A stretch of DNA of 22,626 nt from Rhodothermales bacterium (GTDB lineage: Bacteria; Bacteroidota; Rhodothermia; Rhodothermales; VXPQ01). Positions within the stretch are counted from its first letter, which is position 1, and each line of letters begins with the position of its first letter. Made by a program: the position numbers and the translations under genes. The stretch spans positions 1-22,626 of the forward strand of contig JBBDTI010000071.1 of NCBI GenBank assembly GCA_040904565.1. Direction: 5' to 3'. This document shows, in pieces, positions 8,372-15,718 of the stretch. A model generated the notes under the pieces. That model saw nothing but the letters and a program-made list of their open reading frames with translations. It did not search any database and was not told where the DNA came from.

Positions 8372-9727
8372 ATGTCCCTTTCTCGACGTCACTTCCTTCG
8401 CAATTCGGCCGCCTTCGCCATCGGTTTTACCGGTCTGCAAACCTACCTGGGCTGTGCGTCGGAGCCGCGGACGGGATTCGGCCCGCTGGTATCCGACCCG
8501 AACGGGATCATGGATTTGCCGGAGGGATTTTCATATCGCATCATTTCTCGGGCAGGGGAGCGAATGGACGATGGATTGATCGTGCCGGCCGTACAGGACG
8601 GTATGGCCGCGTTTCCGGGTCCGGATGGCACGACCATACTCGTCTGCAACCACGAGGTGAACGTAGACGCACCCGCATCCCACGGCGCCTTCGGTTCGGA
8701 CGCGGAACTACCGATGGGCATGCGTCCCGAGCAGCTCTACGACGCCGGTGCCAACGGCAGGCCGTGCCTGGGCGGTACGTCGACGCTCGTATACCATACG
8801 GGCGAACAGCGGCTCGTAAGCCGTCATCTCAGCCTCGCCGGCACGCTGCGCAACTGCGCCGGCGGCCCCACGCCATGGGGCTCGTGGATCACCTGTGAGG
8901 AAACCGTCCAGAGGCAGGGCGACGAGGCCGCGAAAGATCACGGCTTCAACTTCGAAGTCCCGGCGCGGGCCGTTGGCGGTCTCGCAGATCCCGTTGCACT
9001 TACGGCCATGGGGCGCTTCAATCACGAGGCCGTCGCGGTGCATCCCGCCTCGGGCATCGTCTACCAGACGGAAGACCGGGGGGACGGTCTCATCTACCGC
9101 TTCCTGCCCAACCAGCCGGAACGGCTCCACCAGGGTGGCCGCCTTCAGGTCCTCGCCGTGCAGGGCAGGCCGAGCCTGGACACCCGCAACTGGCAAGAGA
9201 ACATCGTAGCGCCCGGAGAGATGCTGTCCGTCGAATGGCTCGACATCGACGACGTGCTTTCGCCGGAAGACGACCTCCGGCATCGCGGTTTCGAGGACGG
9301 CGCGGCACGCTTCGCACGCGGTGAAGGGATGTGGTGGGGCAACGGATCCGTCTACTTCGCGTGCACGAACGGGGGCCGCGCGCAAACCGGGCAGGTCTGG
9401 CGCTACGTTCCGGCCGAAAACGAGGGACAGCCGGGAGCAACGGGTGAGCTCGAACTCTTCATCGAGCCGAACGACAGCGAGCTCCTCGAACACTGTGACA
9501 ATGTGACGGTCACGCCGTGGGGCGATCTGATCCTCTGCGAGGACGGATCCGGCGAACAGTACCTCGTGGGCGTCACGCCCGAGGGCGAGCTCTACCGCTT
9601 CGGCCGCAACGCCGCGAGCGATTCCGAGCTGGCCGGCGCGACCTTCTCACCCGACGGCAGCACGCTCTTTTTCAACATCCAGGGCGACGGGCTCACCCTC
9701 GCCGTGACGGGACCCTGGCAAACCTGA
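8372..9727 (+). CDS. phoX: Tat-exported PhoX-family (DUF839) alkaline phosphatase
   Basis: Twin-arginine signal MSLSRRHFLR. Motifs LPEGFSY, DGMAAF, NHE, NCAGG.TPWGSWITCEE, GRFNHEA, RGEG, DNV, EDG and SELAGATFSPDG.TLFFNIQ. The true start is 8372; the long upstream part of ORF 7031..9727 is a shadow of the antiporter gene. Confidence 0.92.
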   Translation: MSLSRRHFLRNSAAFAIGFTGLQTYLGCASEPRTGFGPLVSDPNGIMDLPEGFSYRIISRAGERMDDGLIVPAVQDGMAAFPGPDGTTILVCNHEVNVDAPASHGAFGSDAELPMGMRPEQLYDAGANGRPCLGGTSTLVYHTGEQRLVSRHLSLAGTLRNCAGGPTPWGSWITCEETVQRQGDEAAKDHGFNFEVPARAVGGLADPVALTAMGRFNHEAVAVHPASGIVYQTEDRGDGLIYRFLPNQPERLHQGGRLQVLAVQGRPSLDTRNWQENIVAPGEMLSVEWLDIDDVLSPEDDLRHRGFEDGAARFARGEGMWWGNGSVYFACTNGGRAQTGQVWRYVPAENEGQPGATGELELFIEPNDSELLEHCDNVTVTPWGDLILCEDGSGEQYLVGVTPEGELYRFGRNAASDSELAGATFSPDGSTLFFNIQGDGLTLAVTGPWQT

Positions 9728-9743
9728 GTTCGTTCGCGTATCT

Positions 9744-10169
9744 ATGCTCACCGTGATACGTAGCGCGTTTTCCGCGCTCATACTCCTCTTCATTCTCCTG
9801 ACGGCGCACGGCGTCCGCCACGCGCACGTCGAGTCGGGCAGCTCCGATACGGAGCGCGTCGTACCTGGCGCTTCGGAACTCAGGGATTTCCTCACGTCGG
9901 CATTCGCTTTCGAAAGCGTGTTCGCCGGCACGGCGGACGGACCTGCGCGTCCCGCTGCCATGACGACCGACCCGGTCGCATCGAACGGGGTCCTGCTCGG
10001 CACCGCCGGTGGGTTCTGGCTGACGGTGGAATCCACGGACGACCGGTCGACCACCAACGGTCCGCGGCACGTCAGATCCGCACGTAAGGCACCGAGTTCG
10101 GTGCGCGGCGCGTTATCGCCTCCCCGCAGCATCGTCCGACAGGCACTTCTCTGCGTCTACCGGTTGTGA
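9744..10169 (+). CDS. Hypothetical 141-aa protein with N-terminal hydrophobic segment and C-terminal ...LLCVYRL
   Basis: ATG 16 nt after the phoX stop. Signal/TM-like N-terminus (SAFSALILLFILLTA) followed by a low-complexity body. No family recognised. Confidence 0.5.
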   Translation: MLTVIRSAFSALILLFILLTAHGVRHAHVESGSSDTERVVPGASELRDFLTSAFAFESVFAGTADGPARPAAMTTDPVASNGVLLGTAGGFWLTVESTDDRSTTNGPRHVRSARKAPSSVRGALSPPRSIVRQALLCVYRL

Positions 10170-10174
10170 GTCGC

Positions 10175-10360
10175 CGCACGTGACGGAGTGGATGGCGGCG
10201 TCGACGGCGGCCTTTGTGCGCCGTCGCCTTCCCGTCAACCCGTCTCCCTGTCCCTTCACGATAACGACCACCCGCCCGCGGAGCGCGGTCCCTCATTTGA
10301 CGGGCCCTTTTCCGCGTCGACGCCTGCACGGATGTATCCACGCCGACATCTACGTCTGCG
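10175..10360. ncRNA. Candidate ~185-nt rod-shaped structured RNA (unassigned)
   Basis: Collinear nested stems 10184-10193/10336-10345 (9/10), 10197-10206/10315-10324 (10/10) and 10231-10238/10297-10304 (8/8), with an outer bulged 10175-10181/10352-10360. Strand and expression are unknown. Confidence 0.35.
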
Positions 10361-10404
10361 AAGCAGGTCGACCGGCGCTCCGGGGCGACATCACGACCTG
10401 CACC

Positions 10405-10536
10405 ATGACGACGAAACATCGATCCGCCCAAGATTCTGATTCTTCCAACGATCGTACCACGATCATCGCGTTCTACGTGATGATCGCCGCCCTGGGGGGC
10501 GGATTCCTGTATATGCTCGTGATGCTGCTGTCCTGA
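10405..10536 (+). CDS. Small 43-aa single-pass membrane protein
   Basis: MTTKHRSAQDSDSSNDRTTIIAFYVMIAALGGGFLYMLVMLLS: polar N-terminus and a C-terminal hydrophobic helix. GC-rich third positions in the TM part, and a clear terminator follows. Confidence 0.65.
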   Translation: MTTKHRSAQDSDSSNDRTTIIAFYVMIAALGGGFLYMLVMLLS

Positions 10537-10578
10537 CGGCAGCCGGGCACGGGCTGAAAGGTCACCTCGAACGGTTCG

Positions 10579-10619
10579 AAAGAAGCCGCTCCGCCCCGCG
10601 CCGAGCGGCTTCTTTTTTT
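10579..10619 (+). terminator. Rho-independent terminator
   Basis: 13-bp stem aaagaagccgctc (10579-10591) / gagcggcttcttt (10603-10615), running into a T7 tract that ends at 10619. Confidence 0.9.
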
Positions 10620-10693
10620 GGGCACCGCGCGAACACGCGCGGTTGGGTATACTGCATGGGCGCGCCGACCGCCAGCTCGTGCGCTTCTTTCCT

Positions 10694-10792
10694 ATGCCGT
10701 CACCGATCCGTCACCGAAACGTCACCGATCCGTCACCGAAACGTCACCGAAACGTCACCGAAACGTCACCGAAACGTCGAAGCGTCCGATGA
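10694..10792 (+). other. Putative 32-codon repeat-encoded uORF whose TGA overlaps the archease ATG (ATGA)
   Basis: Manual translation MPSPIRHRNVTDPSPKRHRNVTETSPKRRSVR*. Stop at 10790-10792, archease ATG at 10789-10791. Translation not demonstrated. Confidence 0.35.
10699..10778. repeat. 11-bp tandem repeat, 7 full copies (gtcaccgaaac x5, gtcaccgatcc x2)
   Basis: Units start at 10699, 10710, 10721, 10732, 10743, 10754 and 10765, with a partial gtc at 10776-10778. Confidence 0.97.
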
Positions 10793-11211
10793 CTCCGTCC
10801 TGGACCTCTGAATTCGACCACACCGGCGACGTAGGCTTTACCGTATCCGCGCCCGACCTGGAGACGCTTTTCGAACGAGCCGCGTGGGCGATGTTCAACA
10901 TCCTGATGGAGCCTGATGCGATCGATCCCGTCGAAGAATGGCCTGTGGAGGTCGAGGCGACCGACCTGGACGACCTGCTGCTACGCTGGCTCTCCGAACT
11001 CAATTTCCTCCACGTCACCGAACGGATCGTCTTCAATACGTTCGAGATCGAGGAGCTTTCCGACACGAGCCTGAAGGCCGTCGTACGCGGCGAACATATC
11101 GATGAGACGCGCCATACGATTCATACCGAGATCAAGGCCGTAACGTATCATGCGCTTACCGTCGAGCGGCGGGAGGAAGGTTGGTTCGCGCGGGTCATCT
11201 TCGACCTGTGA
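10789..11211 (+). CDS. Archease (RtcB activation cofactor)
   Basis: 140 aa with N-terminal DHTGD, LF..AA.AM, LL.WL.EL, GE, EIKAVTYH and C-terminal IFDL; directly upstream of rtcB. Confidence 0.95.
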   Translation: MTPSWTSEFDHTGDVGFTVSAPDLETLFERAAWAMFNILMEPDAIDPVEEWPVEVEATDLDDLLLRWLSELNFLHVTERIVFNTFEIEELSDTSLKAVVRGEHIDETRHTIHTEIKAVTYHALTVERREEGWFARVIFDL

Positions 11212-11267
11212 GCCGGCGGGGCGCGCGTGCTTCCCGGTCGGCAGGCGCATGAAGCACGCCGCCTGAC

Positions 11268-11279
11268 ATCTTTAAAGAT
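11268..11279. promoter_or_regulatory. Perfect AT-rich 12-bp palindrome ATCTTTAAAGAT (candidate operator)
   Basis: Self-complementary and strongly AT-rich against the high-GC background, ~70 nt upstream of the rtcB start. Confidence 0.35.
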
Positions 11280-11347
11280 TTAACCTCGCGGCCCGTACAA
11301 CATCGGGCATGAAGCGACGTATTCTTGTACATCGACCCGAAACTGAG

Positions 11348-12790
11348 ATGCCGGACTTCGAGCTGAAGCAGCTTTCCGACTTCGTCTGGGAGATCCCCCG
11401 AACAGGCGGCATGCGCGTACCTGCCCGCATCTACGCGACGGAAGAGATGCTGGCGGACATTCTGTCGGATGATGCACCGAAGCAGGCCATGAACGTGGCC
11501 CACCTTCCGGGTATCGTGCGGGCTTCCTACGCCATGCCGGACATACACTGGGGCTACGGCTTCCCCATCGGCGGCGTGGCGGCATTCGACGCCGAAGACG
11601 GGGTCATTTCACCGGGTGGCGTGGGCTACGACATCAACTGCGGCGTGCGCCTGATGGCCTCGAAGCTCAAACGCGAAGACATCCGCGACGACGTCCAGCA
11701 GATCGTGGATCATCTCTTTACGCTCGTCCCGACCGGCGTCGGCTCGGCCGGTGCGCTCAAGGTCTCGCGGTCCGAGCTGCGCCGCGTGGCCCTGGAAGGG
11801 GCGCAGTGGGCCGTCACCGAAGGGTATGGAAGCCGGGCGGATCTCGACTGCATCGAGGAGAACGGCCGCATCGGCGGTGCCGATCCCGACGAGGTTTCCG
11901 ACCGCGCCATGAAACGAGGACAGCCCCAGCTCGGCACCCTCGGGTCGGGCAATCATTTTCTCGAATTCGGGTACGTCTCCGAAATTTACGACGACGAGGC
12001 CGCGCGGGCGATGGGACTGGGGCCCGGGACGGTAACGGTCATCATCCACTCCGGGTCACGTGGATTCGGCTACCAGATCTGCGACGACTACCTCTCGGTG
12101 ATGGATCGGGCCATGAACCGGTACAATATCTCGCCGCCGGATCGGCAGCTCGCGTGCACGCCCCTCCGCTCGGATGAGGGCCGCCAGTATCTGGGCGCGA
12201 TGCGCTGCGCCATCAACTACGCCTTCGCGAACCGGCAGGTCATGGCGCATCATACGCGCCTCGCCTTCGAGCGGGCGCTGGACGCCCCGCCGCGCGACGT
12301 CGGCCTGCACACGGTCTACGAGGTGGCGCACAACATCGCCAAGTTTGAGGAGCACGACGTCGACGGACGCAGGCAGCGGGTTTGCGTGCACCGCAAGGGC
12401 GCCACAAGGGCGTTCGGTCCCGGCAACGAGGACGTCCCGCCCAGATATCGAACGATCGGCCAGCCCGTGCTCATCCCGGGCGACATGGGCCGCTACTCCT
12501 ACGTGCTCGTGGGGACGGACACGGCGATGAAGGAAACGTTCGGCAGCACGTGCCACGGCGCGGGACGCGCGATGAGCCGGCGGCAGGCGAAAAAGACGGC
12601 CTCCGGACGCAACATCTACCGGGAGCTCGCCGACCGCGGCATCATCGTCCGCAGTGACAGCACGCGCACGATGAAAGAGGAGATCTCCGAAGCCTACAAG
12701 GACGTGCGCGCCGTGGTGGACGCCTGCGAGGGCGCCGGCATCTCCAAGAAGGTCGCCCAGCTTCGGCCGATGGGCGTTATTAAGGGGTGA
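11348..12790 (+). CDS. rtcB: RtcB RNA 3'-phosphate/5'-OH ligase, long (archaeal/eukaryote-like, ~480 aa) form
   Basis: MPDIHWGYGFPIGG, GYDINCGVR, GTLGSGNHF, HSGSRG, VAHN, HRKGATRAF, CHGAGR, EAYKDV and C-terminal IKG. All metal and guanylylation ligand positions appear present. Confidence 0.98.
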   Translation: MPDFELKQLSDFVWEIPRTGGMRVPARIYATEEMLADILSDDAPKQAMNVAHLPGIVRASYAMPDIHWGYGFPIGGVAAFDAEDGVISPGGVGYDINCGVRLMASKLKREDIRDDVQQIVDHLFTLVPTGVGSAGALKVSRSELRRVALEGAQWAVTEGYGSRADLDCIEENGRIGGADPDEVSDRAMKRGQPQLGTLGSGNHFLEFGYVSEIYDDEAARAMGLGPGTVTVIIHSGSRGFGYQICDDYLSVMDRAMNRYNISPPDRQLACTPLRSDEGRQYLGAMRCAINYAFANRQVMAHHTRLAFERALDAPPRDVGLHTVYEVAHNIAKFEEHDVDGRRQRVCVHRKGATRAFGPGNEDVPPRYRTIGQPVLIPGDMGRYSYVLVGTDTAMKETFGSTCHGAGRAMSRRQAKKTASGRNIYRELADRGIIVRSDSTRTMKEEISEAYKDVRAVVDACEGAGISKKVAQLRPMGVIKG

Positions 12791-12812
12791 TGCGGTCGCC
12801 GGCGGACGCTCG

Positions 12813-14324
12813 TTATCTCCGCCAGAACGCGGGGGCGAAGAGGATGAGTACGGTGAAGAGTTCCAGCCGTCCGGCCATCATCAGCAGGGAGAGCATCCAC
12901 TTCCCGAAGCCGGGGACGTGCGCGTAGTTTTCGGTCGGACCCAGCGTGCCGAAAGCGGGACCGATGTTTCCGATGGCCGACATGGCCGCCCCGAAGGCGC
13001 TGGTCACATCGAGTCCGACACCGAACATGATCGCCGTTCCCACGCCGATGCCTCCGATGTAGAGGACGATGAACGAGAGCACGTTGCTGAGCACGTCGCG
13101 CGGCACGACGTCGCCGTTGAGCCGCACGTGGATGACCGCGGAGGGATGGATGAGCTGTTTGATTTCGCGGAACGAGTTCTTGAACATCAAGACGTGGCGG
13201 ATAATCTTGACGCCGCCCCCCGTAGATCCCGCCATGCCCCCGCAGAAGAAGAGCAGGAAGATCAGTCCGATCCCCAGCGGCGGCCATATCTCGTAGTCCG
13301 CCGTCCCGAATCCCGTCGTCGTCACGATGGCCACCACCTGAAACGCGGCCGTGCGCAGCGCGTCGAGCGGTTCGGCATAGCCCCCGAAGACAACCGCGTC
13401 CCGGCCGGCCCACGGCAGCATGGCGACCATCGGCTCCCACGTCGCCAGCGCGACGACCATCGTGGCGACCGCGATAATGGCGACGTAGACGCGAAACTCC
13501 GTGTCGCGAAACACGGATCCGGTCCGACGGGCCAGGAGGCGGTAGTGCAGGGCGAAGTTCGTCCCGGCCAGAAACATGAAGGCCGTAATGACCCACTCGA
13601 CGTAGGGTGACTGATACTGGCCGACGGATCCGTTCTCGGTGGAAAAGCCGCCCGTCGCCATCGTGGCGAAGGCGTGGTTGATGCCGTCGAAAAGGGACAT
13701 GGCGGGAAGCAGCAGGATGACCTCCGCCGCGGTAATCCCCACGTAGATGAGCCAGAGGCGGCGAGCCGTTTCCCGAATGCGGGGCGTCAGCTTGTCGGCC
13801 GACGGACCCGGCACTTCCGCCTTGAAGAGCTGCATGCCCCCGACGCCGAGGATGGGAAGAATGGCGAGGGTAAGGACGATGATGCCCATGCCGCCGAGCC
13901 AGTGGGTGAGGCTGCGCCAGAACAGGAAGGCATTGGGGATCGCCTCGACGTTCGGCGTGGCGGAGCCTCCGAGAATCGTGGCGCCCGTGGTCGTGAACCC
14001 GCTCATCGTCTCGAAGAACGCGTCCGTATAGGACTCGAGGACACCTCCGAGAACGAACGGCAGGGATCCGAAGAGCGATAGGACGAGCCAGGAGAGCGCC
14101 ACGATCGCGAATCCTTCCCGGATGCCGAGATCCTGCGAGAGTCCGCCCCCACCCCGCCAGGCCGCGAATCCGAGTCCACCCGATACGATCGCCGTCGCGC
14201 CGAACGTCCACCACTCCGCCTCCCCGTAGAGCAGGCCGACCAGCATCGGAAGCAGCAGCGCGGCGGCCAGGAACAGCAGCAGCGTGCCCAGTGTCGCGAC
14301 GATGACTCTAAGATTGGGGAGCAT
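12813..14324 (-). CDS. trkH: Trk-type K+ uptake membrane protein
   Basis: Four selectivity-filter loops (FETMSGFTTTGAT, ATGGFS, TTTGF, GNIGP), plus WLGGMGI, GSTGGGVK and GRLE. Confidence 0.97.
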   Translation of the reverse strand: MLPNLRVIVATLGTLLLFLAAALLLPMLVGLLYGEAEWWTFGATAIVSGGLGFAAWRGGGGLSQDLGIREGFAIVALSWLVLSLFGSLPFVLGGVLESYTDAFFETMSGFTTTGATILGGSATPNVEAIPNAFLFWRSLTHWLGGMGIIVLTLAILPILGVGGMQLFKAEVPGPSADKLTPRIRETARRLWLIYVGITAAEVILLLPAMSLFDGINHAFATMATGGFSTENGSVGQYQSPYVEWVITAFMFLAGTNFALHYRLLARRTGSVFRDTEFRVYVAIIAVATMVVALATWEPMVAMLPWAGRDAVVFGGYAEPLDALRTAAFQVVAIVTTTGFGTADYEIWPPLGIGLIFLLFFCGGMAGSTGGGVKIIRHVLMFKNSFREIKQLIHPSAVIHVRLNGDVVPRDVLSNVLSFIVLYIGGIGVGTAIMFGVGLDVTSAFGAAMSAIGNIGPAFGTLGPTENYAHVPGFGKWMLSLLMMAGRLELFTVLILFAPAFWRR

Positions 14325-14364
14325 AAGTCAGGCCCTGTATCAAGCTCGGTGCATCGTCATCCAC

Positions 14365-15717
14365 CTACCTGGCCTCGAAGAGCCGCTCTACGTCCGCCAC
14401 AAGATGCGACATCGCGAAGACGATCGCCGTGTCGCCCGGCTGCACGTGCGTGTCGCCCGTGGCCACGTCCACCTCTCCGTCGTGCAGCACGGCACCGATG
14501 AGTGCTCCACGCGGAAAGCGGAGGTCCTTCAGCGGCTTCCGCGTCACGGCGGCCCGCCGGTTCGCCTCGATCTCGATGATTTCGGCATCGAGGCCGTGTA
14601 TCGTCGCCACGCTGAGCACGTGCTTCCCGCGCAGGTATCGGAGAATTTCCCGAGAGACGGCGAGCTTCTTACTTACGGCGGCATCCAGCCCGATGCTCTG
14701 GCTGATGGGAATGTAGGCGCCCTTCGAGAGGAGCGCAACCGTCTTGGATACGCCGAGATGCTTGGCCATCAGACAGGTGACGAGGTTCGATTCCTCGTCT
14801 TCCGTTACGGCCACGAACGCATCCATCTCGCCCAGCCCTTCCTGCACGAGCAGGTCGATGTCGGTGGCGTCGCCGTGGATGACGAGGACGTTTTTCAGAT
14901 CCTCTGCCAGCCGCTCGGCCCGTTCACGATCCGGCTCGACGATTTTGACCTGCTTGTCCTTTTCTCGTCCCAGCTGCATCGCCACCTTGGCGCCAACCAG
15001 ATTGCCGCCGAGAATCATGACGTCGTGGGCTTTTTTGTCCGCCTTCCCCATCATCCTCGAGACATACGTCATGTACTTGGGACGGGCGAGCACGAACACC
15101 TGATCGTTCCTATGGAGCGTCTCGCCTCCGCCCGGCAGGATCGTCCGCATCCCTCTCGAGATGCCCATGATGCGGAAGGTGATCCGGTCGTGTTCGACGG
15201 CCAGATTCTGGACGCTCTTTCCGATAACCGGCGAGTCGGGATCCAGGCGAATGCCCATCAGCTGCAGGCGGCCGCCGGCGAAATTGAGCAGGTCGGTCGC
15301 GCTGGCGCGCCGGATGAGCCGGACTACCTCGTTGGCCGCGCTTTCCTCCGGGTGGATAACCAGATCGATACCGAAGTCGCTCGTCTTCAGGATCGAGCGC
15401 CTGCGCGTGATCTCGTCCGACCGCACGCGGGCCACGGTCTTCGCGATCCCGAGGCGGTCGGCCAGCATGCACGCGATGATATTCACCTCGTCCACCGCCG
15501 TCACGGCGATGAGCATGTCCGACCGGGCGACGCCGGCTTCCCCGAGCACCTCGGCCGACGTGCCGTTCCCTTGAAGCGTCATCACGTCCAGCTTCTCCTG
15601 CACGTGTTTCAGTGCATGGCCGTCCAGATCGATGACGACGACGTCGTGCTGCTCGGACGAGAGCATGCGGGCTACGTCGTAGCCGACCTCGCCCGCTCCG
15701 ATAATGATTACCCGCAT
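14365..15717 (-). CDS. trkA: Trk K+ uptake NAD-binding regulatory subunit (two RCK units, 450 aa)
   Basis: MRVIIIGAGEVG (GxGxxG), D..N, IHPE, second unit ILGGNLVG...GDATD...DEESN. The start is at 15717, not 15894. Confidence 0.97.
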   Translation of the reverse strand: MRVIIIGAGEVGYDVARMLSSEQHDVVVIDLDGHALKHVQEKLDVMTLQGNGTSAEVLGEAGVARSDMLIAVTAVDEVNIIACMLADRLGIAKTVARVRSDEITRRRSILKTSDFGIDLVIHPEESAANEVVRLIRRASATDLLNFAGGRLQLMGIRLDPDSPVIGKSVQNLAVEHDRITFRIMGISRGMRTILPGGGETLHRNDQVFVLARPKYMTYVSRMMGKADKKAHDVMILGGNLVGAKVAMQLGREKDKQVKIVEPDRERAERLAEDLKNVLVIHGDATDIDLLVQEGLGEMDAFVAVTEDEESNLVTCLMAKHLGVSKTVALLSKGAYIPISQSIGLDAAVSKKLAVSREILRYLRGKHVLSVATIHGLDAEIIEIEANRRAAVTRKPLKDLRFPRGALIGAVLHDGEVDVATGDTHVQPGDTAIVFAMSHLVADVERLFEAR

Positions 15718-15718
15718 A

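Noticed and set aside
10567-10579. tcgaac-g-gttcga as a LexA/SOS box for the RNA repair genes
   Set aside because: The spacing is 1 nt rather than the GAAC-N4-GTTC of the Gram-positive box, and it lies upstream of the terminator.
10699-10778. CRISPR array (also considered for 21264-21333)
   Set aside because: Units are 11 or 14 bp and directly adjacent, with no unique spacers and no cas genes.
10618-10788. N-terminal extension of archease from TTG 10618
   Set aside because: It begins inside the terminator T-tract and translates the repeat. Archease homology starts at the ATG at 10789.
11212-11347. tRNA or tRNA-like YrlA RNA next to rtcB
   Set aside because: No T-loop (GTTCRA) or cloverleaf could be built, and there is no Ro60/rsr gene in the window.
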